Part shown: in pieces, positions 35,784 through 50,990 of the stretch
How the letters are laid out: every line of letters begins with the position of its first letter
How positions within the stretch are numbered: the first letter of the stretch is position 1
Source of the DNA: the human T2T-CHM13v2.0 reference genome, Homo sapiens
Assembly: GCF_009914755.1 (NCBI RefSeq)
Contig: NC_060937.1
Direction: 5' to 3' (one strand)
Length of the DNA: 64,000 nucleotides
The notes under the pieces: generated by a model
Database searches by the model: none
Seen by the model: only the letters and a program-made list of their open reading frames with translations
Told to the model about the DNA's origin: nothing
Program-made: the position numbers and the translations under genes

Positions 35784-37763
35784 TTGTCCATTGATATATT
35801 TTAAAAAATAATATCTGTTTTAAAGTCCTTGTTAGGTAATTCCAATATCTGTGTCATGTACCTAATGGTGTTTGTTGATCTTGTTTTCTCATTCAAGTTA
35901 ATATTGGATCTTAGTTTCCCAGTCCCTAGTATGATGAGTAATTTTCAACTATATCCCGGACATTTAGGGTACTATGGTATAGGACTCTTAATCTTATTTA
36001 AATCTCTATTTTAACAGTCCTTCACTGACACCACCATTGTGGGGAGGAGGAAGGAGCCTTTCTTGTGTCTATTCAGTCTCTTCATAAGGGACACTTTCTA
36101 GCACTAAATTTATCATGGAAAAAGAAGAAATCACACAGCAACAGTTAACTGCCCTGCACATCGTGCTCACCAAAACATATCAGTTGGAATAAATAAGGCA
36201 TTTCTGTACAGCCCGGGAACAATTTTCTCCACTATTTTTTAAGTTATAGGCTTTACAAATTGGCTTTCCTCTTTGATAACTCTGTTCATTCTACTTTCCC
36301 CCATGTATTATTAAAAAAGTATTCAATGATTTCAATTCCTCCTGGAAATCCTGGTGCTCCTTGCTTTGAAATGAACTTCCGTGTGTGTGTATGTGTGTAT
36401 GTATGCCTCTCTTTTCCTGCAGTGCCATACACTCAAGAGTAAGTGAGAAATCTATTTAATTGTTGTATCTCCAGAACCCAGCAGAAGCCTTGAACCATAG
36501 TAATCTCTTAAAGCATTGCATTGAAACTAAACTCTAGAATAGTTCGTGTAACTTTTTAAAATTCAAGATTCAGAAGAGAGATTTAAAAGTGTCACAAGCA
36601 AAGTTTCTCAACATCATTAATACTCAAAGAAACATAAATGTACATAAAAGAAACAACAATGAGCCTCTCATATTGCCAAAGATTAAAAACACTGCTTATG
36701 CTACAGCTGATATTCAACATATAAGCATTCATCCAACAGGTGTCTGCTGGATGGGTGGGGTGTGTGTCTCTCTTGCTGATGGGCTTCTGTTGTCTCTGGT
36801 CTTCGGTACTCATACCTGGCTAGTTGTTATTTTACCATCTAGTGGGTATTTTAAAATCCATACCTGGGTTATACTCTGTGTTAGTAGAGGTGAGGTCAGG
36901 TGTTGGTGGTAGTGTGAATTAAAACACTTTTGACGGTGGCCTGCACCTGTAGCCCCAGCTACTTGGGAGGCTGAGGCAGGAGGGTCACTTGTTCAGGCTG
37001 GACAACATAGTGTCTCTAAAAAAATTTTGGAGAGTAACTTAGCAATATTTATCAAGGTATACATACCCTTTGACCCAGCAGTTCAATACCTGCAGATATA
37101 CTCACATAAATGCACAAAGATAGATGTATAAGGACTTTCCATGCAGCATTTCCATGCAGTGTCGGCACCACGCTGGAAATGTCGTAAACACTTATCAGTA
37201 GGGATTTATGTCCAGGCATCAGCTTCATGGGTGTGTAGCAGCAGCTTCCTCATCCCTGGGTTGCAGCCACGAACTCAACAACCCCAATGGCGGCTCCTGC
37301 TTCCCCCTCTCACTGACCATGGCAGAGGGAGCAGCTCCCTGAGAGGCCTGTATGGTGGAAGAGTTCTGGGAGTCCCTTCTGGAAACCCAACCTGGAGCTC
37401 ACTCCTCTGGTCCATCCAGTGATTTGGTAAATTTCTGAGTTCTAGAACATACCACCATGGCTGTGATCCTAGGAACAGGATGCCCCCAGCACCCAGAATA
37501 CTGGCAGCTAGACATAGGAAAGTCTTCTGCTGCAGCAGCATGAGCTGCCTGCAGGAAGTAGCCAGGAGCATTTGCAGGGACTTCTGCCTCTGACTGTCTT
37601 CCAGGTCATGTGCAAACACTTGTGGAAGGTCCAGCTGGAAGGAAGCATAGAAAGTAAGGTTTTTCACTTTCCAGCCCCGTGATGCAGAAAGGTAATACTA
37701 GAAGGAGATGGAAGAGGATGGCAAGTGCCAATTAAAAATATCCAAACCCTATCAATATAATTT

Positions 37764-38073
37764 CTTTCTTTTTTTTTTTTTATCTGTTTTGAGACAGGGT
37801 CTTGCTCTGTCACCCAGGCTGGAGTGTAGTGGCACAAACATGGCTTACTGCAGCCTCAACCTCCTGGGTCCAGGTGATCCTCTCACCTCAACCTCCCATG
37901 TAGCTGGGATCACAGGCACATACCATGACACCTGGCTAATTTTCTTTATTTTTTGTAGTGATGGGGTCTCACTATGTTTCCCAGGATGATCTCGAACTCC
38001 TAGGTTTAAGTGATCCTCCCAGCTTGGCCTCCCAACATGCTGGGATTATAGGTGTGAGCCGCTGCACCTGGCC
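37764..38073 (-). mobile_element. AluJ-like
   Basis: reverse dimer, GACAGGGTCTTGCTCTG. Confidence 0.88.
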
Positions 38074-38292
38074 CACATTTCTTAGTTCTTTAATATACTA
38101 GGGAACTCAAAAATTGGAAATGGCCATGCAGCCTTTGAGAAACACTAGTGATAGTAGGATGAAAAGAGACCTACTTAAAAAATTTTTTTTTCAGTTTCCA
38201 TTCATTTTTGGCTAAGTTCTTGAACCTCTTTCCCCACTGCTCAGTCTGCCTCCCACAACACTTCTGAAGTCTCAGCCTAAATTGTGTAGGCA

Positions 38293-39748
38293 CCTAAGCA
38301 AAAAGAACAAATCTGGAGGCATCACATTGCCCAACTTCAAACTATACTATAAGACTGTAGTTACCAAAACAGCATGGTACTGGTATAAAAATAGGCACAT
38401 AGACCAATGGAACAGAATAGAGATCCCAGAAATAAAGCCAAATACTTACAAGCCAACTGATCTTTGACAAAGCATACAAAAGCATAAAGTGGGGAAAGAA
38501 CTCTGTATTCAATAAATGGTGCTGGGATAACTTGCAAGCCACATGTAGGAAAATTAAACTGGATCCTCACTTCTCACCTTATGCAAAAATCAAATCAAGA
38601 TGGATCAAAGACTTAAATCTAAGACCTGAAACCATAAACGTTATAGAAGATAATATCAGAAAAAATCCTGAAGACATTGGCTTAAGCAAAGAATTTATGA
38701 CTAAGAACCCAAAAGCAAACGCAACAAAAACAAAAATAAATAAATAGGACCTAATTAAGCTAAAAAGCTTCTGCACAGCAAAGGAAATAATTAGCAGAGT
38801 TAACAGACAACCCACAGAGTGGGAGAAAATATTTGCAAACTATGCATCTGACAAAGGACTAATATCCAGGGTCTACAAGGAACTCAAACAAATCAGCAAG
38901 AAAAAACAAATAATCCCATCAAAAAGTGGACAAACAACATGAATAGGCAATTCTCAAAAGAAGATATACAAATGGCCAAGAAACATGAAAAAATGCTCAA
39001 CATCGGTAATCATCAAGGAAATGCAAATCAAAACCACAATGTGATACCATCTTACTCCTGCAAGAATGGCCATAATTTCAAATTCAAAAAACAATAGATG
39101 TTGGTGTTGATGTGGTGAAAAGGGAACACTTTTACACTGCTGGTGAGAGTGTAAACCAGCACAACCACTATGGAAAATAGTATGGAGATTCCTTAAAGAA
39201 CTCAAAGTAGATCTACCATTTGATTCAGCAATCCCACTACTGGGTATCTACCCAAAGGAAAAGAAGTCATTATATGAAAAAGACACCTGCACACACGTTT
39301 ATGGCAGTACAATTCGCAATTGCAAAAATATGGAATCAGCCTAAATGCCCATGAGTGAATAAAGAAAATGTGGTGTATATACACGATGGAATACTACTCA
39401 GCCATAAAACGGAATGAAATAGAGGCCTTTGCAGCAACTTGGATGGAGCTGGAGGCCATTATTCTAAGTGAAGTAACCCAGGAATGGAAAACCAAATATC
39501 GTATGTTCTCACTTATAAGTGGGAGCTAAGCTATGAGGACACAAAGGCATAAGAATAATATAATGGACTTTGGGGACTCGGGGGAGGAGGTGGGGAGGAT
39601 AAAAGACTGCATATTGGGTACAGTGTACACTGTTCAGGTGACAAGTGCACCAACATCTCTGAGATCACCACTAAAGAACTTATCCATGTAACCCAAAACC
39701 ACCTGTTCCTCAAAAACTATTGAAATAACATTTAAAAATAAAAATAAA
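38293..39748 (+). mobile_element. 5'-truncated L1PB-like (ORF2 C-terminus plus 3'UTR)
   Basis: [18 protein letters not shown]...[18 protein letters not shown]; TSD TAAATTGTGTAGGCA at 38278-38292 and 39749-39763. Confidence 0.95.
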
Positions 39749-41699
39749 TAAATTGTGTAGGCATGTGAATGTTTTGCAGGGAGGTTCTTTTAAATCAGCA
39801 TCTCAAAGGAGCATAAGACCCCAAAAAGCTTGCCAACCACTGTGCTGAGGGAAGCAGGAACAATTGTGACCATCCTCAGCCAGAGTGGAGTGGAGCTGTC
39901 CGGGACCATGTGTGCTGGTGGCAGGTGGGATTCAGGTTCTGCAAAGGCCCCAGCCCCCTCAATCCCGTTTCCTTCCAGAGTCCCTTATTTGTTGACCCTT
40001 AAGAGCCAAATTTGGTTGTGTAGCATGGTCACCTGTGGAATTTGTTAAATTCTAGTCCCCACTTTAACCCAGACCTACTGAACCAAAATTATGAAGAGAG
40101 AAACCAGTTGAACCAGAAATCTTAATCTTTAACATACTTGATGAGTGATTCAGGTGCAGTTCCCAAATTTGGGAACCAGAGTGCAGAGAACTGTGTGCTT
40201 GGTTGCTGCCAGGCCCTATTTCCTCCCTGGTGCTCCCTGCCCCATGCCAGCGGCTGGCCCAGACACAGGGCAGCCAAGACACACGCTTGGGGACAGGTTA
40301 GCCTTGGTCAGTCCCTCTGGGACTCATGGTGCCATTGCCCAACGTGCCCTTCAGGCTTCCTGTCTGGAGTAATGGGGACTCTTGCCTTCTACAAGGTATT
40401 GGGAAAGACTGACTCACGTCAAGAACTTTGAAATCTGCAGATAAAAGGCAATGCCCTGTTCCCTCCCTGAACTGTCGTCACAGACAGTGTTCTGTGAAGA
40501 GATCTCAGCCACCCCTTTTGCAGACTGTCTACAAATGACTGCCTGTCATCTGTTATCCTGTTATTGTTCCCATCCCATGCTGCTGTGCAAGGACCTCACT
40601 GCAGAGGACGTCTTCACAAGTGTGATCCAAAATGTCTCTAGCGGGATCTCCCTCAGCTGTGGAATCAGCTAAGTTTAACCCTATTGTCATCATCCTGTGG
40701 ACCTTAAACACACTTTATTATACCTAAGAGCAGTCAGCGTTCCATAGGGTGAAGGGCGAGCGGATGACGTCTGCCCAAGGCGGCCAGATGTCGCCACGGG
40801 GCCAGTGGCTTTTATCCTGCGGCTGATGAATTTCGCATATATCAATATTTATCAGTTGGAATACTGTCAGTTTTATAAATGGAAACTGAATGACCGTAAA
40901 TCATTCTGAGGGTAGGGAATCGGGGGAGGGAGGAAGCTCTGTTTGTACGCTTGCCAGCCAGGTGTGTTTCTTCATTCAGTGAACAAGTGTGGGCTGCTGG
41001 CCCACCAGACAGGGGGCCGGGGGACCGAGTGCCCACCGTTCCTTCTGCTGCATCATATCCCTGGCAGACGGGCAGAAGCAATTCACTAGCCTTCAAACCT
41101 CCTGGCCTTGTTTATAGGATAGTTTAATATTTGCTTTTCTTTCCACAGTGTTCAGAGCCATCGGGAGTAGTAGCACCTGCTGTCTTGGAGCTGGAAGACG
41201 CACAGTCAGCGCTGCTGTTTGGTCCCTCAACCCCCTTCCACCATGGCAGGCTTATAGGCCGATTTCCTTGAGATCTAGTAATTTCTTCAACTTTAGATGA
41301 AATTGCATGAACGATAAATAACAGATCCATCTACTGAGCACCCACTATGTGTATGGGACTAGGACCTCTGTGACACCCTGGTGAGGTCAGCTCTATTCTG
41401 AGCCCCATGTTACAGGTGGAAAAACTGAGGGCCAGAGAGGTTAAGTAACTTGTCCAGGTTCCCACATCCAGGACGTGGCAGAGCCAGGATGACAAACCAA
41501 ATTCAGCGTGTTTTCAGAACCTGGGCTCTTACAGTGACAGGCTGACCCGGGCTTCCTTAGATGGGGCCAGTGGCAAAGAGCCCCAGGAAACGTCCTGAGT
41601 TCATGAGCTTCAATCCAACACCACTGCTTTGGTCTCTCTTCCAAGGAGAGAGAACATTGGTGGTGAAGGAGAGTTGGTTCAGAAAATGGCCCTTCCTTT

Positions 41700-41885
41700 A
41701 GAGCTTTTCAAACTTTGACAGGTACCTGAATTGCCTGGGGAGCTTGTTCAAACATGGATTACTAAACCCACCACGATGTTCTGATTCCGCAGGTCTGCGC
41801 TGGAGCCTGGAATTTGCATTTCCAAGAAGCTCCAAGGTGATGCTGGTGCTGCTGGTCTAGCGACCACACTTTGAGACCACTGCCA
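41700..41885. mobile_element. MER5A-like hAT MITE
   Basis: AATTTGCATTTCCAAGAAGCTCC...ACCACACTTTGAGACCACTG. Confidence 0.7.
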
Positions 41886-42742
41886 TGGCCTGTGACATTC
41901 ACCTGAAGTATCAAGCTAAGCAACACCGGGTCTCAGCCTCTGCTCTTCCCACCACTGGGTTACACACACTTTCCCAAGTCTTGGGATCCCAGAGGGATGT
42001 TCTCACTGTCCACATCTCCACCTGCAGAGTTCTGATAGTCACTCTCACCTCCAGTCACAATCCTTTCCAAAGGGGCACTGACACAGAAAACAGGAGGGAC
42101 AGAACAATTTCTAACACAACCGAGCAGGTCAGGAACGGCAGGTAGCCTTTCTGGGCATACCACGGACCTGCTCTGTTTGTGGTAAGGACTTTCCCGCGTC
42201 CCTTAAGCCACACTCCATAGGATCACCATTTCTTCTGCCTTGTCAGACTAGCTTGATGCTCTTGATATCCGAGGCTACTGAACCAGTTTCCCTAGGACAC
42301 AAGAGGGGGTACACGCCTGTAAAGAAAAAAAGAGTGCAACCAGGCACATATAAGAAAAAACACAGATACAAGGGAAAAGCTGGGAGGTAGGGGGCTGAGG
42401 TGGCAGCTGAAGGAAATGATGAATTAAAGGCTGGCTTTCCCCATGGCAATCGCCTGTTCTGTGCATCAGCGAAAACAACCATAGGTGGCTTTTCCCTCCT
42501 TCATTTTCTTTCCAATTAAGTCCTGCATATTTCTTCACGTACTCACCTTAGGAAGGACCCTGGACCTCCCTCCGTCCACACCCTCCTTTCATCTGCCCCC
42601 TCCCATCACCACACCTGCCTCTGCCGGCAGAGTGACCTTTCCTCAGCAGGGCCTCCCTTCCAGCCAGCGGGAGGAGAAGGGCGTGCGCTGGCAGGTGGTC
42701 ACGTAGGCGGGAATGCAACCTTGCTGTGCCCCTCCAGCACCA

Positions 42743-42856
42743 CTGCAGACCCCCCAAGGAAAATGAAGTCCACCACTCCCCTGCAGACTCCTCAAGGGCA
42801 GAGAAGCACCCCACCACCCTGCAGACCCCTCAAGGAAAATGAAGCCCCCCGCCACA
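42743..42856. repeat. 38-bp minisatellite, 3 diverged copies
   Basis: CTGCAGAC..C.CAAGG...GAAG units start at 42743, 42781 and 42819. Confidence 0.85.
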
Positions 42857-45358
42857 ACTTTGCACACCTCTCAAGGCCAATGGTTGTGCCTTTTTGGCAC
42901 AAAGTGAGGATTGAACTGAGGCTTCGTGAATGAGTTAAACGAATGACATTTTAGGTCTCATACAGGACAAACAGACACACTGCACATTTGCCTACACGAC
43001 AGCCCTGTGCATGGCAACCCCCACTGACTGATGTGCGTCATGTAGATGCCCAGAGACCGCTGCTTTGGCTGGACCAAACCCCAAGGCCAGTGCGAGCAGG
43101 AGAATCTGCGTTCCACTCCCCCGCTGCAACTCAACACCCTTTCCCTCCCTCCCTCCTTTCCTTCCACAGTGATTCAGTGAGCATCACTCTGTGCCCAGCT
43201 TCTGGCTGGCCATTAAGGATTCCATGGTGAATGAGGCCATCATTCCAATCGCCAGCCGCAGAAACCAGTGCCCCAAGAGGCCTCATTCCCTGGGCTGAGC
43301 CTAAGATGCACTCTTTGCAGAGCAGGGAAGGAATGGCTGTTGTTTCCAGAGCCCAGGATGAAACTGTGTGTGAGGGAACTGTTTCAGGCCTGGGGATAAC
43401 AGGGCACACGTGGTTTCAATGTTTTATTCAAGCCTAGCATATACGCTGAGAAGGGCACCACTCACCAGCAGACAGACGTCCATACCCAGGTAACCAGCGA
43501 CCAGATGGAGAAGCAGAACACGCCCCAGAAGCCGTCCCAGGCTCTGTTTTAACCACCACACCCTTTCCCCACCAAATATAGCCGCGATCCTACTTTGGAA
43601 TAATATAAAACACCTTTGCCTGTTTTTGAACTTTATAAGTTTGTCTCTGCCTTCCTTTGCTCTACACCGTCTTTGTGAGGTTCATCCACATTTTTGCAGG
43701 TAGCTGAGTTAGTCATCCATCCACAATGAGGAGAGTATCCACTTGTCTGAATAAAACAGGATTTATTTTTCCCTTCAGCTGTTTTTGGATATTTGGGTAG
43801 TTTCCAGATTGGGTCTATCACAAATGGTACAGCTAAGGACAATCTAGTGTGTGTCTTTTGATGAACTGGACCCAAGAGTGAAGTGCTGAGTCATAGGGTG
43901 TGCATGTTTAGCCTCAGAGGGCATTGCCAAAGGGTTTTCAAAGTGGTTCTATCAATGCATATCCCATCTCATCGGCACTCAGTATGGTCTGTCTTCCTCC
44001 TGGTGCCATTCTGATAGGTGTGTACTGGTATAACATCCTGGTTTTGATTTGTGTTTCTCTAAAGGTTATTGATGTTAAGCATCTTTTTGTAAGTTTAATG
44101 GCCACTTGAACATCTTATCTTGTCCCCAGTTTTTCCTAACTTCTTGACTCTGGGGGAACTTTGCTTTATTTTTTGCTTCTTTTATTTTTTGTCAACATGA
44201 GTGAAAATTAGCTTCCACTTAATGTATGTCTGGCTCACATTTATGTACATGGCCAATCATCAGAGAAAATAAAGACTATATTAATAATGATGAAACATTA
44301 CATTTTAAGTGCTTACTCAGTGTTATCTCATTTAATCTTCACAAACCCTCATGACCGTTTTTTATAAAAGAGAAAACTAAGGCCCAGAGATGTTAAGTAA
44401 CTTACACCAGATCACACAGCTAAGTGTCTGAGTCAGGATTTAAAGCCAGGCAGCCTCGCTCCAGAGCTGCCTCACTCACCCTCTTTTGTGGCTGTAAAGT
44501 GGTGTGGGGGGCAGGTTCCCAGCCCCTGCCACCCACAGCGCTTTACACATACAAAAGAGACTGTCCACCTCCATCAACTGGCTAGAAATGGGTTTCTAGT
44601 GGTACCATAACGACGGTCTCCACTTGTCCCAGATTTTCCAAGACAGCCTTGATAGAGCAACCCTCTTCTACAGTCAGACATGCACCTGCATCTTTCGTTT
44701 GGAAGAGACAGGCCCTTATAACCATCGACCCATGTTCTAGATTGGAACTTTGAGGCTGCTGACTCCCTCCTGGGAACCCCACCTTCCAGTCATCTGCATT
44801 CCCTCTTGTTTCCTCTCCTGAATCCACAGCTCCTTTGAGGAAAGGAGCTATTGGTTATTCATTTTGATATTACCCTTTATAAAGGAACAGAGGGAGGAAA
44901 GTCGATGGTCTCATAAAAGCTTTAACTACTACCAAAATAAAAACTTATTCACCACTAATCTCTATCAAAAGCCACATCTACACAAGAGGAACATTGACTA
45001 AATATGTTGGAAATATCTAATGAAAACTATAAGCCTCTTTCCACCCCTTAACCCCTACCTTTAGGCTAAAACTATGGTAATAATAATAATAACAAAGTGT
45101 CTCCAACTATTTCATCATCAGATCTAAGCCACCATTTGAGTACACAGAGAGGCCTTGTGCCTTGGTCCAGAGACCAGCGAACTCCACTAAGAGGAAAGTA
45201 GAAAAATAGAGCAGAGAGTGAGCCAGCGTCAGCAGGTACTGCTCCTGCAGCTCTGTGCAGCCTGATCCCTGCAGAGCAGGGTGTAGGGACATGGCGCAGG
45301 TGGCCCTTAGGAAGATGGGCTCTTGCCTCCCACCCGCGTCTCCCTACCTTTGTCTCGC

Positions 45359-46551
<1,193 letters not shown>

Positions 46552-47797
46552 TTGCCAACTCATAGACACCCTCCCTGGCTTTGATTGGAGCACCCTGGTG
46601 AGGCCCAGGCTTGGCTGAGCAGCCTGCTGGCTCCCCCACCAGCTGCACCTGTCTGTAGGAGCACGCTGGTAGCATACGGAGCAGCTGCTTGCTCTCCTGC
46701 TGCCTGCAGATTCCCCGGCTGTGTCTTGTTACTTCCCTGCAACTCCTCAGTGCCCAGGCAGATGTCTGGCTCGTGATCGGTTCCCGAGCTTTGCTGCTGG
46801 AAGCCTCCTCAATGGCTAGGGTCCTAGGAGCCTCAGCTTCTATAACTGGCTCCAAGTAATCAGGCCAGAAAATGGATCCAGCCATTGGTTTTCCAGAGAG
46901 AGGACTGAGAGGATGCCCACCGGGTTCTGATGCACAGTAGGAAATGAGATGAATGCACGGTACTCTCCTGTACTAATCTGATGGGGGACTGGTTTGAGTG
47001 ATAAGTGGATTTTGCAGCAGGGACACAACATGCTTTAGTGCACCTTCTCGTTCTTCCCTAGACCCAGGAGAAAGAGAAAAATGGGAATGAAAGGCAAAGA
47101 GGGACGTAAAGAGAGATTATTTCTCTCTACCAGAGTTCCACAACTGCTGGCCAGGGAGGAGGGTCAGGTCAGAGAAGGCACTGCCCTGCCATCCACCCCG
47201 GCTGTGTGTACCTGTTGCCTCAGGCTGTCCTACAGAGAGGCAATGGCCCTCTCTTTCTCCTGAGTAAAAGGCTCAGCTGGTGCGGGCTGACTGTTTTCGG
47301 GCATTGTCAGGAAAGCAGGAGTCTGGCAGCTTAAACCTGGTTGGTATGACCAGACACATTGAGGGATGGAGCCTTTTCAAAGCCTGTTGCTCAAAGCCAG
47401 CCACCTACTCACACACATTTCAAACATAGCCCCGGGCCCTAATTCAAACTGCAGCATTTCACTCAGTTCTCAGCATCAGATAAGGCCAACAGGCTTCCAC
47501 TCCTTCAGAAGACACCCAGGGGTCCAAGGTAAATCTCGTTCCAAAGTGATTTTTGCCTGGAAGGGCCTAAGCCCCACCCAGGATGGGGACGACCCTCACT
47601 CTGGGTTAGGACATGGGCTCTTTGCACCTCACCTGACTGCTAACCCCTCAGGTTCTTCCTCAGGGCTGGCAATGGCCCTGGGATGGACCTGGATTCGGCT
47701 CTGACTCTTACTACTTGCATGATCACGGGCAGTTACATTACCAGAGGCAGATTCAGCACCACCCAGCCCACCAGAGCAAAACCCATAGGCCTTCCAA

Positions 47798-48110
47798 AGT
47801 GCTGTAATCCTAGCACTTTGGAAGGCCAAAATGGGAGGATCACTTGAGGCCAGGAGTTTGAGACTAGCCTGGAAAATATAGAAAGATCCCATCTCTGAAA
47901 AAAAAAAAAAACAAACAAACAAAAGAAAAAAGTTATCTGGGCTTGTAGTAAAAAGTAGAAAAAAGTTAGCTTTGCCTGTAGTCTCAGCTACTTGGGAGGC
48001 TGAGGTGGGAGGACTGCTTGAGCCCGGGAGGCAAAAGTTGTGGTGAGCTGAGACCGCATCACTGCATGCCAGCCCAAATGACAGAGCAAGACTCTTTCTC
48101 AAAACAAAAC
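47798..48110 (+). mobile_element. AluJ-like with expanded A-rich linker
   Basis: AAAACC(C/T)ATAGGCCTT flanks. Confidence 0.85.
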
Positions 48111-49654
48111 AAAACCTATAGGCCTTGTCCATCATTGGCAATTAGTTAGGAAATGTAAGTGCATCCACTATGCAAGAAACTGATCACATTGGTCACCTCC
48201 TGGATGGGGATCTAGATGGATAGCCAATAGAGGCAGAAAGAAAAATTTTCCATTCTTTGCCCTTTTGAATTTGAACTATATGAATATATTCTCTATCCAC
48301 TAAAAACGTTTAAAGTTTTTAAGAAGTCAAATAACATCAATAGGATTCAGTGATTGACAGGGGCAGGCAGGGAGGGGACGGACAGACAGATGTGAAGGAT
48401 GAGTCTGTGTTGCTAGGCTGGGTGACTGGATTCACCAAAATACAGACTACAGGAAGAAGAGGGTTTGGGGGAAGGAAAATACATTCAACCTTGGGTTGTT
48501 GAGGTAGAAATGCCAGAAATAGTTAAATGGAGATTTCAGCAAGAAATTGAAGATGTGTCAAGTTCTCAAGAGATGCTGTGGTATTGAAAATGTAGATTTG
48601 GGGTCATCATTTCAGAAGGTGCATTTGAAGGCACAGAATGGATGATAGACTCATCTTTCAGATGAGAAGGACAGAAACTGGCCAGGTGCACTGGCTCCCA
48701 CCTGTAATCCCAGTACTTTGGGAGGCTGAGGTGGGAGGATCCCTTGAGGCTGGGAGTTCAAGACAAGTGTGGGCAACATAGTGAGACTCCTGCTGTCTCT
48801 ACAAAAAATAATGAGAAAAATGTTTAAGGGGGGCAAAAACCAAACTAAATCTACTTTAAAGAAGTAAAACGGGGAGATGAGTTTATTAGAATATGTTATT
48901 GTGAAATCAAAGGGATGGCACAGATATGGTCAAATCTGCAGATTCAAAAAAACATCATCAGAATTCTGAGGGGAAAAATTCAAGATTGAAAAAGAGAGAT
49001 TGTTCTTTAGCCCTAGTCCCAAGCCATGAAGAAGCCACACAAGCAGTTTTAAAGCCACCATTATCATTCAGTGACCAGAGACTTCAGTGCCACTCCCCTC
49101 TTCAGAAAATCAGCAACAACTCACTCAGCTAACCCCCAAAATCCAAGCTTAACAAAAACTCTCTATGAGATCAGCATTTGCTTGGTTCAGAGAGAAAGTG
49201 ATCTGAAAACGGATTCTCTTTGGCTGTGCAAGTAACAAGTTCAGTACAAACGTATAAAGAGCGAGAGAGAGAATGATATGCTCTCTTACAACAATTCTGC
49301 TTCTCCTTGTCCTTTCAGCTCAGCTTGCCTCTGCTTGTCTTAATTTACATACAAGCTCTAGCCACTTGTGACCAAGCTGTTCCCTGGCTTCTTAAACCAC
49401 CTGATCCCAGAAATCCTGATCTATAGGAAAAGACACAGGGAGGATTCTATTTAGACCAGTTTAGATCATATGCCCAACACTTAACAAATAATGCTGGAAA
49501 GGAGGATAGAGATCATGGTGGAAAAGACGATAGAGACCACGCTTGGCCAAACCCGGGTCAGATACCCTGCTGGCTGTCCTCCACTTGCCATCCCCCAGAT
49601 CAGCTCTCCAGCCTTCTACACCCCACTCAGTGCTGCTGACTTCAATGACAGTGT

Positions 49655-49722
49655 TGCTACTGCCCTCCAGCCTGGGCAACAGCGCAAGACCCTGCCTCAA
49701 AAAAAAAAAGAAAGAAAGAAAA
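49655..49722 (+). mobile_element. Alu 3' end and tail (inverted half of the Alu at 50991-51189)
   Basis: CTCCAGCCTGGGCAACAGCGCAAGACCCTGCCTC plus A tail. Confidence 0.9.
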
Positions 49723-49980
49723 GAAATATACAATAAAGTATTGCTAACTATAGTCACCTTATTGTGCTACCAAACATTAGATCTTATTCCTTCAATCTAA
49801 TTGTATGTTTGTACCCATTAGCCAACTCCTCTGAGCACCCCCTCCCCACTGTCCTTCCCTGCACCCCTGGTAACCACCACTACTCTCTATCTTTATGACA
49901 GCCACATTTTTAGCTCCCACATAAGTGGGATGATGCGATATTTGTCTTTCTATGTCTGTCTTGTTTCACTTGACAATGTA
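49723..49980 (-). mobile_element. L1MA-like 3'UTR (inverted half; continues on + strand at 51190-51365)
   Basis: AACTATAGTCACC...GATCTTATTCCTTC...GCTCCCACATAAGTG. Confidence 0.8.
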
Positions 49981-50990
49981 CCACGTTTAAGGCCCTTGTT
50001 ATCTCGCAGTGCTGGAATTCCTGCTGCTGTCCTGCTTCCGAGCTGGAGCCCAGCAGCTCTGGTTACCCTCCCCACTTTGCAAGTCAAACGCAGGAGGACT
50101 GGAGGGATTAGATTTTCTTAAGCAGACTTTCAACTAATCTCCCTTATTTGTACTATTCCCCCCCTTTCACCTCCATTTCCACCTGTTACTGGGAAATTCT
50201 AATGAAAGGAGATGTTTACCTTGATAATAAGCCCAGCTGACTTGATTTTTTTCTTCTTACCTCTTATGCATATTGTTGTGTGTTTGGAGCAGAGGGTTTT
50301 TTTTTGTTTTTGTTTTTGTTTTTGTTTTTGTTTGGAGTATGATCCAACTGTCCATCTTGACATGAAGTCCTGGGTTTGGTTTTTAAGGAAGTAATATCTT
50401 TACTTCATCTGGGGGCAACATCCTCCATCCTCTTCATGGCCACACCTACGGCCCCTCTTTCCCCCTAGTGTCAGAGCAGAAATCACGCTTCCCTCTGCCC
50501 AAGGCTCGGAACCTCTGAGCTCCTCAAACCAAGCCTCTCCAGGGAAAGTTCCTTCTCAGGACAGGAGGCTGAGCCAATGGAGAGAAAGAGAGTGAAGATG
50601 TAAGCGCCATTCCTGGAGAGGCTTCTTTTAAAATACTATCTATTTTTGTTTTATTTCTGGTAGTTCTTCATTTTTAATTGAAGTTATATCTTCATTTTCC
50701 TCTAAAAATCTAAACATTTATATGTGTTTTTGTCAGGCTATTCTATAATATTAATTAGCTTGAAGAGGAAGAAACGGTGTCACCAGAATTCAGAGAGAGC
50801 TCCAGTTTTGCAGAATGAGTTATCATGCAGTAGTAGCTGTAGAGGGATGAATCCACTAACAATTGCAACCCAAATCAGTGAGGGAGAGGGAAGAAACTCC
50901 CCAGCTTTCTTTCTTCCTGCCCTGTGAATGTCTGCTGTTGTCTCCCACTGGCCAAACCCAGCTACAAGCAAGCTGGCAAGGGAGACTGAT

